NCBI GenBank assembly: GCA_050084985.1
Contig: JBITNC010000002.1
Location: 17,298,001 to 17,362,000, forward strand
From: Nageia nagi
Taxonomy: Eukaryota > Plantae > Pinophyta
DNA length: 64,000 nucleotides
Reading direction: 5' to 3'
Shown piece after piece: positions 28,801 through 43,800 of this stretch. Position 1 is the stretch's first letter, and every line of letters begins with the position of its first letter. The notes beneath the pieces were generated by a model that saw nothing but the letters and a program-made list of their open reading frames with translations, was not told the DNA's origin and did no database searches. A program made the position numbers and the translations under genes.

Positions 28801-31800
28801 AAATGAACAGTGGAAGTGTAAATCCCAGATGGATCCACTTGACAACAATAGTATTAAGTATGCAGGTAACTAGGGCTCACACATTAGTAGTAGTATGGAT
28901 CCTAGTAATCTTTAGTAATGATCCTCGGATGGAGATCTTAGCAGCAATAGTGGTAGATCCCAAATGGATCTCAATAGTAGTGTTAGATCCTAGATGGATC
29001 TTAGTAGTAGTAATGGTAGTCAGATAAGCTAGGAGGAATGTCAGACCTTGAGGACCTCCCTTGTGAAGACAAGAGGTGGAAGAGGGGTCATGCCCACAAA
29101 TATAATAATAACCAAGCATATCCTCCAAATGAGACTCTAATTGCCTTTTATAGGAGGCATCTCATCTAAAGGGGGTTGGCCGACCCAACCTAGATGTTTT
29201 AATTCCTTGTTGGGTTTACAAATCATTTATTACACTTTTCCTTGGGATCAAAAATTAAGTCCCCAAATTATAAAATTAAGTATAATTATCCTAATAAATT
29301 AATTAAATACTCCTACTTTACTCCAAATTACTCCTAATCACTCCTAGAGGATGGATGTCCATCTTAGAGTGCTCAATTCATACATTTTTGCTCCTGATTT
29401 GGAACATACACCTTCGTAGGGCCATAATTAAGCCTTCGAAATACATAAAAACATCATAATGCACTAAAAACATTAAATATCCTCCTAGAGGAGGGATGTC
29501 CCAAATCATTTGGCAAGATGGCCAAGTGATGAAGTGCTCATGAAAAGGACCCTAAAAAACGGAACATTACAATTTGGGACAAAATGCACATAAGATAACA
29601 TTAACATAGAGAATTTCCCTTAAGTTAGTCTTGAATTACCCAAAATGGTCCCAATTTAGACTTTTGCACTTTAAATGTCTACACCACCCCATGGGTGATG
29701 AGCTCATATTAAAAGGTTGTTACAATTTACACATTATGTTATTACTAATGTCACAAGAAAATCAATACTAAAGAGTAAAGAGCACCAACTAGAGGAATAT
29801 TCTTTGTGTGACTAATACAGAGCATTCTCTCCTGTGATTGTAAAACATTAGGTTATTCTACTCCTTTTCCCAAGCATAGCCAACTTAGGATTTGTCTAAG
29901 GTTAAGCATCCATGCCATAATAAAAGTGTGTTTTATAATTTGAAAGGAATTATAAATCAAAATTCTTTATTATAAAGAAATATTTCTCTATGTAGATGAA
30001 AAAATTATACTAAGAAATCAATATATTTGGGTTCCGAAGTAGGTGGATGCAGAGTATGGCTGATCTAGAACATTGCTTTCCCATGAAGTAGTAAAAATCA
30101 AGTTATCATGTGCAACAATCTTCCTCTACTATTCCAATTAGATCTCAAAATTATAGTCAAGTCTAAACTTGAGCAACTACAAAGAGATCTATTCCTCATC
30201 TTAAAACAAAAATGCAAACTGGACACTTCTAGGAATATGAGAGAAGATATGCATCACAATAACAAATCTTAAAGCGATACAAAATAACTACCACCCATAT
30301 TTACAACTCTTAGATCCTTCTTTCTCGCAGTCTTTCTCCTTTATATCTAAGTTGTTTCTTTCCAATTTTTTCCCCTTGTGTCCATCTAGCATACAGGGTA
30401 CTCGTGGGACCCATCTGTACTGTGTACCAAGTACTCGTATTTGCGTACTAGGTACTCGTATTTGCGTACCGCCGTACCATGTGATCTAGGTGTCCATTGA
30501 TTATCCTCATTGGAAAAACGGAATGTTTTCTTTTCTTATTTTTGTGGTTCATTTATTATAATATAACAATGTCTAAAATATATTTAGATATCCTACAGAT
30601 CCCTCAAGGACTTAGGATTACTTTTTCCTATTCTTTCTATTGGAAACCTTGGGTCAAGACCTTAATTCCTCATTTGTTGATGCTATGTGAAGAAGAAATA
30701 AATTTATATTTTAATGCTATGGTCTGAGGTTGTGACAAATAAACTAATGTATGACGTATAATAATGAAATAATGCTATTTTGCTACACATAAAAGAACAA
30801 GTACTTAATATGAAGGTAAGTAGCACTTGGCTTTTTATAAGTAAATGTGGGTGCACCTACAATCCGTAATTGTACAAGAACTATCCATTGTACAAGAACT
30901 TATATGATAGTATATTAAATGATTCAATTCCCTTTGTTTGACATAGTCGTACATATAGTAGAAATCTGTAGAACTTAGGTGGCAGAAGAAATAGGAGAAC
31001 CAACATGGAAATCTTTATAACTTATAAATAAAGAATAAGAAAACATGAAAAGTTCTAATTTGTGAATATACCAGCTCTCCTGAAGTTGGAGGCAGGAAAA
31101 CGAATTTCAAACTGACAAGGAGAAAAGTCAAACACCATTGAAGAATCAAGTTCTTAAATCTTAAAAGTCCAGAATTGAGTCATGACTTAGGTCTTATTAT
31201 ATTCTTAGTGGTAACAAGGTGTCTTTCTTTTTCAAAGTGTTTTTACTGCTTCATATGCAGATAAAGAATAAAATTGCTTTGCTTCTGTTTCCAAAGACTT
31301 GACTTCTTGCATTTTGTTTGGCAGTGTTGTTCTTTTCGATATCTGCCTTGTATGAGCTATTCTGTGTTTTTCTCTATGCTTTTGCCTTCCCACGCCTGAA
31401 GGTTGTCAACTATTACCGTTCCAAGGCAGCTTCTGAAGGATCAAAGACTGTGACAGCTGATCTTGCAGCAGGAGGTGTGGAAGTATCCTTCCAAAATGTA
31501 ATGAATTATCTAAATTTTCAAGTCTAAAGAAGTCCATCTTTGTGCTTATGGAGCTTTGGTTATTGTGTCTGAGCTTTGCTTATGAATTACTTATTTTAAT
31601 CTTCCTTTGTGAATCTGTAGGATATTGAAAAATCAAAACTTACACAGCGCCTGGCTAACAAGGAGCTTCTAAAACAAAATCTAGATTATGGGATTGATCT
31701 TTTTGTTATTTATATCCTCACACTATCTATTTTCCCTGGATTCCTATCAGAAGATACAGGCAAACATGGGCTAGGTTCCTGGTGAGCTTCCTTCAACTTT

Positions 31801-34800
31801 TTCTATGCCTCATAATTAATTCCAAAAAGTTTTAAATTTCTATAAAAAAGACTAGTTTTAAATTTCTGCAAAAAAGACTCTTTTGTTCCACTCCTTGGGT
31901 GTTCAATTGATGGATTGAAGCCACTTTGCTAAAAAACTGGCTATATATGCTACAGTATCCTTTGCATGAGGTCAAGAAGGGGGTTTTGCCATGGCCCTAC
32001 TTCTTTTTGAGGAGTATGTGAGAATGGCATTACATTTTCTCTCAACATCAATCAACACCTTTGAGCATAGCCTAACATCATTCCCTTTTTTTGACACCTT
32101 TAAGCATAGCCTAACATCATTGCACAAAAGTTTAGCTTTTAATAATTGCTAGATTTGAAATTTTAAAGGCCAGTTTAAGATTAGAGTCTTTCGCACTCGT
32201 TCCTCTAACCTACCCACTACGCTATGATGCACTCGTGCTAGGGCAACTTGCTACAAACTTTATGACAACTTGTTGTTGTCTGCTCAACCCCGCTACTATC
32301 TACTTGACCCCATTTTTATGCAATTTTCAACCCATCACTACTATAGTCCACTCACGCTTCTACACTGCTACACCCTTCTGGCTCTCCGCTCCATTGCAAA
32401 TGTATTTCTCAGATCATTCATAACCTCATTCTCCCTGCATGTTCGTTTCGTTGAGCGTATCCTCCATGTGTTCAATCTATTTCTCTCTCGCACCTCCTGA
32501 TTGTTTGGTTTGTGCCTCAGATCCTTGTCCTCTCCTATGTAGGTTGGATGGCAATAATTTGATACAAGGCTTTGTCGTATAACACTAGAAATTGCCACAA
32601 ATCTAAATGCAACTGAGCAATCATCCCACATCACGAGTGTGCATTTCATTTTGGAATCCATAGCCACCTCTCTGCCCTTCCACCTGCACATCGTCTAAGC
32701 AAAGTCGTGATATTCTTTCCTGAATATTTGCAAGAAATTTATGTGTCCCCTGGCTGTACATCTTTTAACCAACCGTTCTTTAGGAAGAGTACATGTGCGC
32801 CTTTGCATGCATCCCTTAGAGTCATCAAATCATGTCTTGGACAACAACATACTTCAGAGATGGTTGACACATAGAATCGTGCAAACCTTTATGATTAAAT
32901 AAACGGAATCCCGCAATATATAGATTGCAAGTGCCTAACAATCATTGCCACCAACTACTTCCACCTTGAACCCATGCCCGCCTCACATCTCAACCCATCC
33001 TCTCATCAGTGATAGTCCAATCATGGAAAACATGGTTTCAAGAGAGAAAAATTTGATAGTCCAGCAAAATATTAGCTAGACATAGTAGTAGAATAGAGAT
33101 AACAATTTGTCAATTCAATAGAATAGGAATCTCTAACTAAGCAACTGGAAAATTTATCTATTCACCTAACATAGATCGATTCTACACTAGACAGTGATCA
33201 CGGAACCCCCCCTAGCAGACCATGTCAAAGGTTAGCTTGTTCAATGGACTCATCTACCTTTAGGTTTAAACAATACATAGTCAGTAGACGCATAACACAT
33301 TTGGAAAACTTGAATCAAAACCTGTTAAGATAGGTTGTATTTTGCCCACACAACACACCCTAAAATTCTGAAATTTTGAGGACCCAATTTTGGCCAAAAC
33401 ACAAAGGAGGAAATTGTTTTGGAATTAACAAGTAAGATGTTTTTGATGACTTAAAAGGAATGGAGTTTCAAAAAGTGCAAAAATAACAAAATTCGAGCCA
33501 AGACCTTTGTTGAAAATTCATGTTTTCCCAAATTCGCACCTTAAGAGGTTCTTAAAGGGGTCCAAAGGCATAGTTGCACTTCAAGCAGGTCTTAAAATGG
33601 TCAAAAAGCAAATTCACATCATTTCAAGGTCTTAAAAATGTAAAATGTTTTTTTGGTGTGAAATGGACCTAGTCGCAGTCTTAAAATGTAAGAAGTTTTT
33701 TGGGTGCAAAATTGTGGAAGTCACACAATTTTGAGATGATAAACTTGCCCAAAAGATAAGTTCGCACCATTCTAGGGTATTACAAAGATTAAAGGCAAAT
33801 TCTCACCTTAAAAAGGTTAAGAGACAAAATTTGCACCTCATTAGAGTATTAAAAAAGTAAGAAGTCTTTTTGCTACGAAATATACATGGTCGCACCATTT
33901 TGAACCTTTAAAATTTAAGACTTTTTCCAGGTGCAAATGTCCTCAATTGCACCATTTTCAAGGCTTAAAACACCTTGACTTGGCCGACTCCTTAGCCACT
34001 AAAAGGTTGACACATGTCCCAAGAGGGGAAAAACTTATAAATAAGCATCCAATTCTCTTATTCTTACATCATTCTCCAAGTTTTTCCTATTGGCACTTGA
34101 TTGGAAGCTTAAAACATCTCTTTCCAAGTCGCACTAAAAGGAGGTCTTAAATTCTCTCAAGAAAATTCAAAGCAAGACCAAAAGGGAGAGAAGTTCCCCA
34201 AAATCAGATAAAAAAAGTTAGATTTGAAATCCCATTTCGCATCATTTCTTTGACTTAAAATTGCAATTTTTCCTTTTGATTGTGGAAAAACTTAAACACC
34301 TCTTCCCGTTATGCACCATTTATCTGCCTTAAAACTGTAAGATCCCATTTTAGTGCGAAAAGGACAAAGGCTTCTTCCCCATTTCGCATCATTTTCTTGC
34401 CTTTAAAGTGTAACATCCTTTTTGAAATATCCCAAATTAGGAAAAATAATATTTTACTCAAAAATCACCAAATCCACACAAAGAAAATTATTTATGACCA
34501 AGAGAAAATCAGAACTTAATGATATTGATCTCAAAATGCAAGTACAAATTGTACCAATGATGCCTTAGGGCTGGACATCTCACTACAAGATCATAAAACA
34601 CAACAATAATGGCCCAAAGGGATGAACGTCTGACTCCTAGGGCCAGATTTGAAGCACCACAAACTCAAGTCACACTAGGAAGGCTGGTGTCACACTACTA
34701 GGGCCTCTAACCCCTTGATCTAAGATGCAATCTGAAAGCAACGCTCCTTCAGACTTGGATGCACCACTAAAGGAGATCTCCCACGCCTGAAAATGAGAAA

Positions 34801-37800
34801 GGAGCCTCAAAATGCCACCGAATGAGACTAAGGGTTTTCGTCCTTAGCCTCTTGGAAGGGTTTTTGTCCTTCTAATACCCTTTCTTGCAGGCTTTCCTCC
34901 ACAAGAGGAACACAACTGAATCCACACCAAGTCTCCATGAGAAGAAGAATAATCAATAGCCAAAGATGCCTTCCGAATGATGTGTTTTAGTCTTCTATGG
35001 TTAGATGTCCCATGGGGGACTCTAGATCCTGCCTAGGAATCACACACAGTGGATGTCTGACAATGGGGCTCACAATTGGGTCTTGGGATTGCAATTTTCT
35101 TCCTTGGGATTATGCCCAATCACAATAGATTCCTAAAACATGACTAAATACAATGCACCATGCCTACTCATCCCAAAAAGAGGGACACCTCACTTATGGA
35201 GGAATTACAATGCTTGCAAATCACTAAAATATTATTAAAACTACTCCTAAATGCCAAATCACCCCTAATTATTACAAGATACATCCAAACACACTTAATC
35301 ATTCCCCAAGGGGCAAACGTCCCATTCCATGTGGCCCACCACACACATCACAATGCTGAAATAGGTGAGCCATTGAAATCAGGGACATTACAAGTCCACC
35401 CTGCCCAAGATTGCTTGTCCTTAAGCAATGCCAATTCTCATGATCAACGTCTTCAACAGAAACAGAAGTTTCAATGTCCTCAAAAGTCTTCCATATATCC
35501 TTTGGTAGAAGAACATCATCAAGATCCATACATGCTGTCATTGATATACCATTGTCATCTTTCATGTCTTGCAAATAAGCATATATGAAATCTACCAACT
35601 CATGTTTATCAACTCTTTCCTTCATAGCTCTGGATACCATGGGAAATCTATCCCTATCATTATGCAAGATAGCCCCTCAAACATCATGAAATATGCAATT
35701 TTCATGAAGAACTCAGCCATGGTTGGGAGACCATATGTTGTAGCCCAAATGGTTCCAAACAATGTGGTAACAGAAACTCTTTCAGTCAAACAAAATGCAG
35801 CAGCCAAACGAAACTCAGACCTGATATAAAACGCATCCTCAAAATCAGCAGGATTACAGCCCAAAATTCCATAGCGAGCAAAGTTGTGATGATCATGAAA
35901 TACGCGGCCCCAAACAGTCTCACAAACAGAGCAGTGGCAGTCCTTATTTTTTTATCAAAAGTGCAGTCCAAAAAATCAGCAAGAATGTAGTCCAAAACAC
36001 CATCAATACTACAGTCAAAATTCATCATTAATGTCTTCAACAAGGTTGTTCCAAATGTCTCCCATGCTACAGTTTCAATCTTCATTATTGTACCCTCCAA
36101 TGTGTTCACTTCAGCCCCAATCATCATAGGGAGTGCAACATCAGTCTATACCAGCATTGCCATCTCAAATACCGTCAAGATGGCTGACCTAAACACTGCT
36201 GTAGTTATTTCTTTTGCAACCCCCATATCAGCAAACAAACTCAAAGCTATAGATGATCAATCTCTAGCTTGTTTCAGCAGATCTATCCATTCATTACCTT
36301 TCATTTTCTCATCAAGATCAATCATCATCAACAAACTGCTGTTAAAGTCCAAGCAAAAATCAGAATTTGTTCCATACGTTTCATCAGCATTATTATGGGA
36401 GCTCCAAGTCTCAAAAGGGCATCTATGGTGTCCTAGAGGGTGGACGCCCCTCTCTAAGGCTGAGATCCATTGAATTAAGTTGCTCAAGGTGGGACAAGTG
36501 ATGTCCAAGAGGGTGGACGTCCTCCTCCAAAGCTGGCCACAATTGCTCCTGATGCTTAAAACTCATCCAAGGGCTCCTCACAAGTGGACATCCTTCCTCC
36601 AACACCTCCTCCAAATCTGATGTAAAATGTCCATCATGGACCATTTCTATTCTGCTTGAGGCCATTTGTTGAGGGTAATGATCCTTCATACCCTCAAGGT
36701 GATGTCACACCCATTGGATTTGAACCTCATTTCCAATGTTTGGTAGTTGGAGTAAATCTCACCTAAAGGATATAGCCACTAAACTCCTAGCACCATTTGA
36801 GGAAGCCCTCCATCGGAAAGACATAGAAATCATCTCTCACAACATGATCTTCAATTCTGATTCCTAATTGTTTGACCACCTTGTTACATAGTGAGATCAT
36901 CCCATTTGGATTTGCTACTCTAAAACCTTCAAAATCTTTTGTTTTGAGATTCTTCTTGGCAAAGAATCCTTCATCAATGAAGTTTTGGGTTTCCCCACCA
37001 TCAATCAACAAAATGTCATCTTCTCCAACCGCTTTCCCTTGCACTTTGATGGTCAAATATTTAGATGCACCAGAAACCGTGGCTATGGTACCCCAACTTG
37101 TGTCCTTGATGCTAGGGGTTGGATCTCCCACCTCTGGCCATCCCATCTAGTTGCCTAAACTCCCCAAGATCAAAATCGAAATCTGACTCTTCTTCACCAT
37201 CTGAAACTACCTCAATGTAGTGGATCTGACCTTTCCCCATGCAATGGTGACTAGGCTTCCACGAACTTTTGCAAGTGAAGCACAAATTCTTCCTTATCAA
37301 GTTATTTCATACGGCTGCATCCATCCTCTTGTCTTCCCATGATTGTTGACTCGTCCCAGGGGGGATGAATTCTTCTTAGCTGTATTCTTCTACACATGTT
37401 CCAACGTCCCAGATCTAGGTGGTATGGTTGGTCTAGATCTCAACATGGATAGCTCCAAAGTCAACGCCCTCTTGATGGTGTCTTGTAGTGCTATAAGAGG
37501 AAAAGCCTTTACCATACCTCTCAACGGCTCAAGCGAACCCTCCATGAACAGGGATGTCACTCTCTTCTCAGATATATTAGGGACCATCACTGCAATCCAC
37601 TGAAATTTCGCAATGTAGGTTTCAATCGTGCTCTTTTGCCTCATTGAAGCCAAATCTCGAATATACTCATCCTTGTCCTTTTGATCAAATCGGTCTAAGA
37701 CCCTCCTACTAAATGTGTCAAAGGTATGGATGGAACTATGGCCTTGTGTGATCAAGCCATGATGCCACCAGTCATATGCAACTCCATCTAAGTCTAGGGT

Positions 37801-40800
37801 TACAAATAGAACCACATTTTTCTTAATCATAGGGTTAAGAGTGAAGTATGTCTGCAATTTTTGCAGCCATGCCCTAGCTGTCATCTTTTCTCCACCATCA
37901 TACAAAGGGACTTGCATTCTACTTAGCTTTTGTTGTAGATCTCGCTTATCCTCACCCCAATTGCCTCCTCACAAACGGCTTCCACCAACTCACTTTCCTA
38001 GAATCTCCAAGTAACTCTGAAAACTCACGATAGCTTTGAAATCGATTGTGTTTATTTGATACTCCTAGAATTGGAAGTTTAACTCTGTAACATCCCCTTT
38101 TTAACAAAATTCAGTAAATTTGGAATCCTAGGGATTCTTCTTTTGTAATTAATTTTTTATGCATTGGTAATAACTTGGGATAGAATATTATGGTCCTGTG
38201 GACCCACATTGTGAGCCCCAAAGTGGGACATCTTCCTCTCAAGCTTAGGATGAATGATTTATTGCGAATTTGATGTACTTGGGAGTTTGCCACAGGTCTT
38301 GGAGAGTGGTTAGACTTGTTCATTGGATAAAGCATCTTGTGGGAAACGTTTTGATAGGTTACACAACATGGGTTCATTAGAAAACGAAAGAGTTATGGCC
38401 TCTTGAAATTCGCCAGTTGGACCAGTCTTCCATATCGCGACCACTCACAAAAATCCAGAAACATCTCCATATTGACCCCTTGAAATGTGACGTCCCACTC
38501 CTTGGGATATGAGTTAGTTATGGATTGTATTTAAGTGTGAGCTTGGTAATTAAGAGTAGATTTAGTGTGTTTTATCATAGTAATAATGGGGGCCACTTGT
38601 ATGAGCTGTAATACATGATTCCAAGGCAATTATAATTGTAAATGCAATATTAGTCTCCAATAATGAGGCGTTGCATATCTAGCCATTGGATCTTGTAATG
38701 TGGACCATTAAATATGATTATTGGCATCCCTAGGCAACATTGGCATATGCATGATACGTAGGACACACCTAATCCCACGTTTGGGCATTTCAGGGCCTTT
38801 AGGAGGCGAATGTTGGACTTGGAGGTTGGAGTGGTGACTTCTAGGTGAGATCCAGATCTAAAGAATGTTGTATAAGACAGTGGAGCCTCATTGCAAAGAT
38901 AGACTTGATTTTATATTGAAACTCTTCTCTTCGGAGTTACCAAAGACTTGGTGATGTCAAGCACTCTTGAGCGCAGTGCACAACGAGAGTCTAGGAGGCA
39001 TGGAACACCTTCTGACTAATGGTTGCGGAGAATGTTCGTGTTGTGAGGTTGCCCTACTTTGAGGCATCCACAAGCGATTTGCACCTTTGAATCCATCTAG
39101 TGGCATTCCGGAATCACACCCGTTCTCTTCTCCGGGAGCTAGCCTGTGAGGGAACCCTTTAGTGTGGCATCCACATATTTGGTAGTGTGTGATTGTTCTA
39201 CAACAATTTAGGATCTATCTCAGCATATTGTATGCCCTAGTTGGCTCCTTGGAGGCCAACGTTGAGCCCATTGGGCCTATTCGGTATTGTACTCATCATT
39301 GTTTCACTAATAGTCATGGTATACTTGGATCTCATTCATTGTCTCCTTATTTGATGTGTTTGCCTTGTTGATGCTTCCATATATGCAACACTGAGCTATT
39401 TTATTGTATTCATGCTTGTATGGTGAATCGTTGGCATTCATGGTCCATTAATGATGTGTTTGGCATGATATATGAGTCCCCATGTGTGACATTGGGTTAT
39501 AGAAGTGGAATTTGACTAGCGAGGTGCATCGTTGGGCTTTTTGGCTTGTTATTGTTCATGTTTGATGCCCTAGTACAGTTCGTGGCATTCTTAGGAGTGC
39601 ACACTAATATTGTTTGATACTTAATTGGCTAATATTTGCTTGGAGAATTATTTGGGGATTTTACAGTGGTATCAGAGCTTAGATCTTGCCATCTTGTGTG
39701 GTTAGATCTAGCTAGGAACAAATCAAACTAGTGGATTAGGAGGTTTTGCGCTTAAAAAGCCATTTTCAGGGTCAAAAAGATATTTTTTTTGGAAAAATCT
39801 GAATTCCTAGTCTAAGTTGTCTAGGGTTTGGAGAATGCATTTTCAGATTTGAAGGCTGTTTTCAGGTACAACAAGTATCGATCTATTATCCTAGCTAGTT
39901 AGAAAAATTTAATATGAAGATATCAAAATTAGCACCAATGGAAAAATAAAATTCAGCTAGATCTGCAGTCTGCATAAAGAAATCAGAATTGGGTAAAATT
40001 CTAGGGAGGAATTTGGTCACCAGGCTAGCTGAAAGACGTGTTTCTCATACTGAAAAAAATAAACTACTATGGCATCTCAGTATGTGGTATGAAGAAGAGA
40101 GATGGAGGAAGAAAGGACTCATGGGAAGTAAGGAGGAATCTCAAATTCCACCCCCACTGCCATGGCCACATGAAACGCCACTAAGGATAAAGCTTCTACC
40201 CCAAACCTATCAAGGTACTTCTAGCAAATTTAGGGAACAAATGAATTTTCAGCTTTATTTGGATCTCTTGGGTCGAGGAGCATATGAGTTAGTGAAGGAG
40301 CTTGGGGAGACTTGTGAAGGAAAGGAGGAGATTAGGTCTACCCCTACAGCCAAGATGGAGGAATCACCCATTGCTTGGGAAAAGAATGCACACTCTCTAC
40401 AAGATCATTTGCATCATTGTGAGACTTGGATCTGCCATAATGACACTCCAAAAAGGTATGAAAGTAATTCTGATTTTTATAACAACTATTCAGTAGCCTT
40501 GCATAGTGTTATTGAAAATAATGATGTTGAGGAGAATATTGGAAAAGAAAAGGAAAAGGTCATTGATGATTCAGATTTGGCCATTGGAGGTTGCCTCATA
40601 GGAAATGAGGTGAAAGGGAGAAAAACAATTTTTTTGGTTGAGCTTAACATGCAAGGCATTAACAGTTGCAAAGAGGAAAATACTATTTCAGGAAAATCAG
40701 AAATTGTTGGCCAAGAAATTGCATCACCACATGAGCTTTTAGTTCCATGGAATCTGGGTGCTTGGGTACCCAAGTATGGTGAGGATATGGAGGCCATTGA

Positions 40801-43800
40801 AGGCTTCTCTCTTGCAGTAACAGCCTATAAGAAGAACATGACGACATTGTATAAGGTTATGGGATCATCTCTCACCCTTGGAGTGAGATCCATATTTCTA
40901 GACTCTTGGAGGGATTTAGCACGATGGATCCATAGGGATCTAAGCTTGGAGAATGAGCATCTTGCCTTGCGAAGGTATGACTTGTTCTTCAATTCTGTTT
41001 TGCTGATTACTAATCTTGTTTTTAGCATGAACAACAACTGCATACAAAAGAGAAGAAAGCTTGTTGTTAGCTACAACACTTGCACACTCATTGGAGGTGT
41101 TTTGGGCTCCAATGCCCATGATAGGAGACCCCTAACAGTTGTTGCAAAGAGAGGAACTGCTATTTCATGTTTGCTGTGCATATGATGATGACTCCCTTAA
41201 AATTTGTTCTTGCTGCCATATATGATTGGAGGATTGATATGATTAGTGTTTGGGCAGCATTATATTGAAAGAAGGCTGATGAGGATAGGGACATTATTCC
41301 TACAACATTGGGAGTGGCTTGGGACCTCAACGCTCAATCCAAGAAGGCCTTGCTTGACCCCATATGTGAGGGGACTCTTGTCCTACATTCTTACCTCATT
41401 TTCCAAGCAAGTGGGACTGTATTTTATGGTTGCACATGGAAAAGAAAGGCTACTGGTTTGAGAACTGTTTTGCATTATTCTGAGACTGTTTTGGCCAACA
41501 TTTTGACTGCAGTATGGAGGGCTGAAACATTGGACAGTTTTGGCATGTATTGGCACTTCTTTGGGACTGTTGTCATTACATATCTTCATTTTGGCATGCA
41601 AATTATGAGATGCCCTCCAACTTGTGCACTCATAAGCCTTTCGACCTTTATTTTGCCTTTAAAATGGGAGACAAGCATCTTCTCACCAAAATAAAAACTT
41701 GCACTTTCAACTTTCTCCAGCAATGTGACCTCCTTCAATGTAGTTCAAAGATTCAATGGCTAGTGTGACCTCCTTCGATGTTTTTTGAAGATGCAATGGT
41801 TGATGTAAAATGTAATTCAAAACATCTTATTTATAACTTGTTGTTTTGCCCAACATAAGGTTGGCCAACCACTTAGAATATTAAAAATTTGGCTAGGGAG
41901 GTCGACCAGTTTCAAGACAATATAGGTGATTGCACCTTCACATCAGTTTGTAATTGCAAAGTTTTTAAACCATGTGACCAAGTGTGGGACTTGTAACAAA
42001 ATGCAAGTTTTAAAATTTCTACTCCCTTTTGTGGGGCCCAAACAATGCAAGAATGAGGTGCTTGGAAAACTTTAATGCACAAATGACTTGGTCACATCAA
42101 ACAAGAACTTCACATTTGTATCCTTTCAAGACCATGCGACGAGGTAGGATGATGATTTTAAGTGATCTCACTTAGCAAGAGCTAAACACTTGGTCGCTCC
42201 TCCTTAGAACTTTGGAATTGTAACCTCTTAGGACCATGTGACCAGATTTAATGCAAAATGACAAGACAAATGAATGGTTTGAATGCAGTATTTATGAAAA
42301 TGAATGATGACAAATGTTAAGACTCAATCGGGAGAACAAACAGTGTGACGACAAGTGTTACAAATCATGCATGGATCAACATTGCCTTGGTCCCATCTAT
42401 TTGAAATGTTGGAAATGCATCTTTTGTGGGATATGTGACCATGTATGAGAGGACCTAGAGTTACCAACACACAACCAATTTTCAAGATGAAATTACCTTA
42501 GCGTAGGTGCACCTTCCACACCTTTTACAAATGCAACATTTTATCATCATGCGGCCAACTTTGACTGATAAAACACTTACCCAATTTTATGAAGTTTCAC
42601 ACTTGTATCTTCTCAAAATAGTGCGACCACTTCCAAGGAGTAGAATGGTGTGATCATGACTAGCAAAAGGAGCATATTATAGTTTAAAGAATGATAGGTT
42701 TCAATGCTACTTTGGTTGGATAGGTTGCTGAGAAACAATTGTCAAAACTTTGCATGAAAGGCTAGTGAGGGTGTGGTCGCCCCAAACAAAAACTTTACAA
42801 TTGCATCTTTCTAGAAACATATGACCAGGCTTGGGAGGAGCCCAACTTATCAACACTTAGCCAATTTTTGTCCAAAGCCAATTGGATGATGGTCGCACCT
42901 CTTTACAATGTTTGAAATGCATCTTTTAAATGACATGTGACCAGCCTATTTTTGCCAACACTTATTCAAATTTTCATGATATGCAAGATCTCAACATGTC
43001 ATCCGTGGTCGTATCAAAACAAGAAGTTAAGCCTCTATCTTTCCTAGAACATGCGGCCAGCTCTCAAGTGTTCTTCCTTGCTCACACAAGAAACAAAATT
43101 TACAAATGTATCTTCCCAAAACCATGCGACCAGCTTAGTGGAAGTCAATTTTGTTTCAGGACTTGGTCAAATTTCAAAATGCAAGAGGGTACTATAGCAA
43201 CTTGACATGCCACTTGTCAACATTGGATTGGTATAATTGAGGGTCGACTGAGGAGCATGTGTGAGCTTGGACAAATGCAAATAGTAGTGGTCACGTGATA
43301 TCAAAATGTTGGAAATGAATCTTTCCAAAATCATGCAACCAACTATACTTAGTTAACCTGAAAGCTACCTTACCTTGGTTGCACCTTTTTTGAGAGTTAC
43401 AAATGCATCTTTTCTTGTACATGCGAGCAAACAAGAAATGCAAAATGATGCTCAACACTTAGCTAATTTGAATGCAAAGAGGAGTTTAATTTATAGAAGC
43501 TAGCTTACCACTTGTCAACCCTATATTGGCCCAAATGATGGTCAAATGACATGCTAACATCCACCTGGTCACACCAAAACAAGTTTCTACCTTGGTCGCA
43601 TCTTTCCTGGGAGATAAGATTACATCTTTTCTCAAACGTGTGACCACTAACTTAGCCAATTTCTTGGTCATATGTTTTCTAGAAGATGGAAATGTAACTT
43701 TCTGAAAATGTGCGACCACCTTTTTAGGAATTTTGGTGCAATAATGAATCTCATCCAGTTTCTATAGGCCTTTGCAATGATAGGTGTTGTTTTTGGATTT

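Noticed and set aside
28600-29128. Overlapping short ORFs on both strands
   Set aside because: Explained by ~30-bp tandem repeats within LTR sequence.
22130-29683. One complete LTR element with TSD CCATC/CCACC
   Set aside because: The supposed LTRs share only ~70 terminal bp, no PBS or PPT was found at the expected positions, and the near-TSD could be chance.
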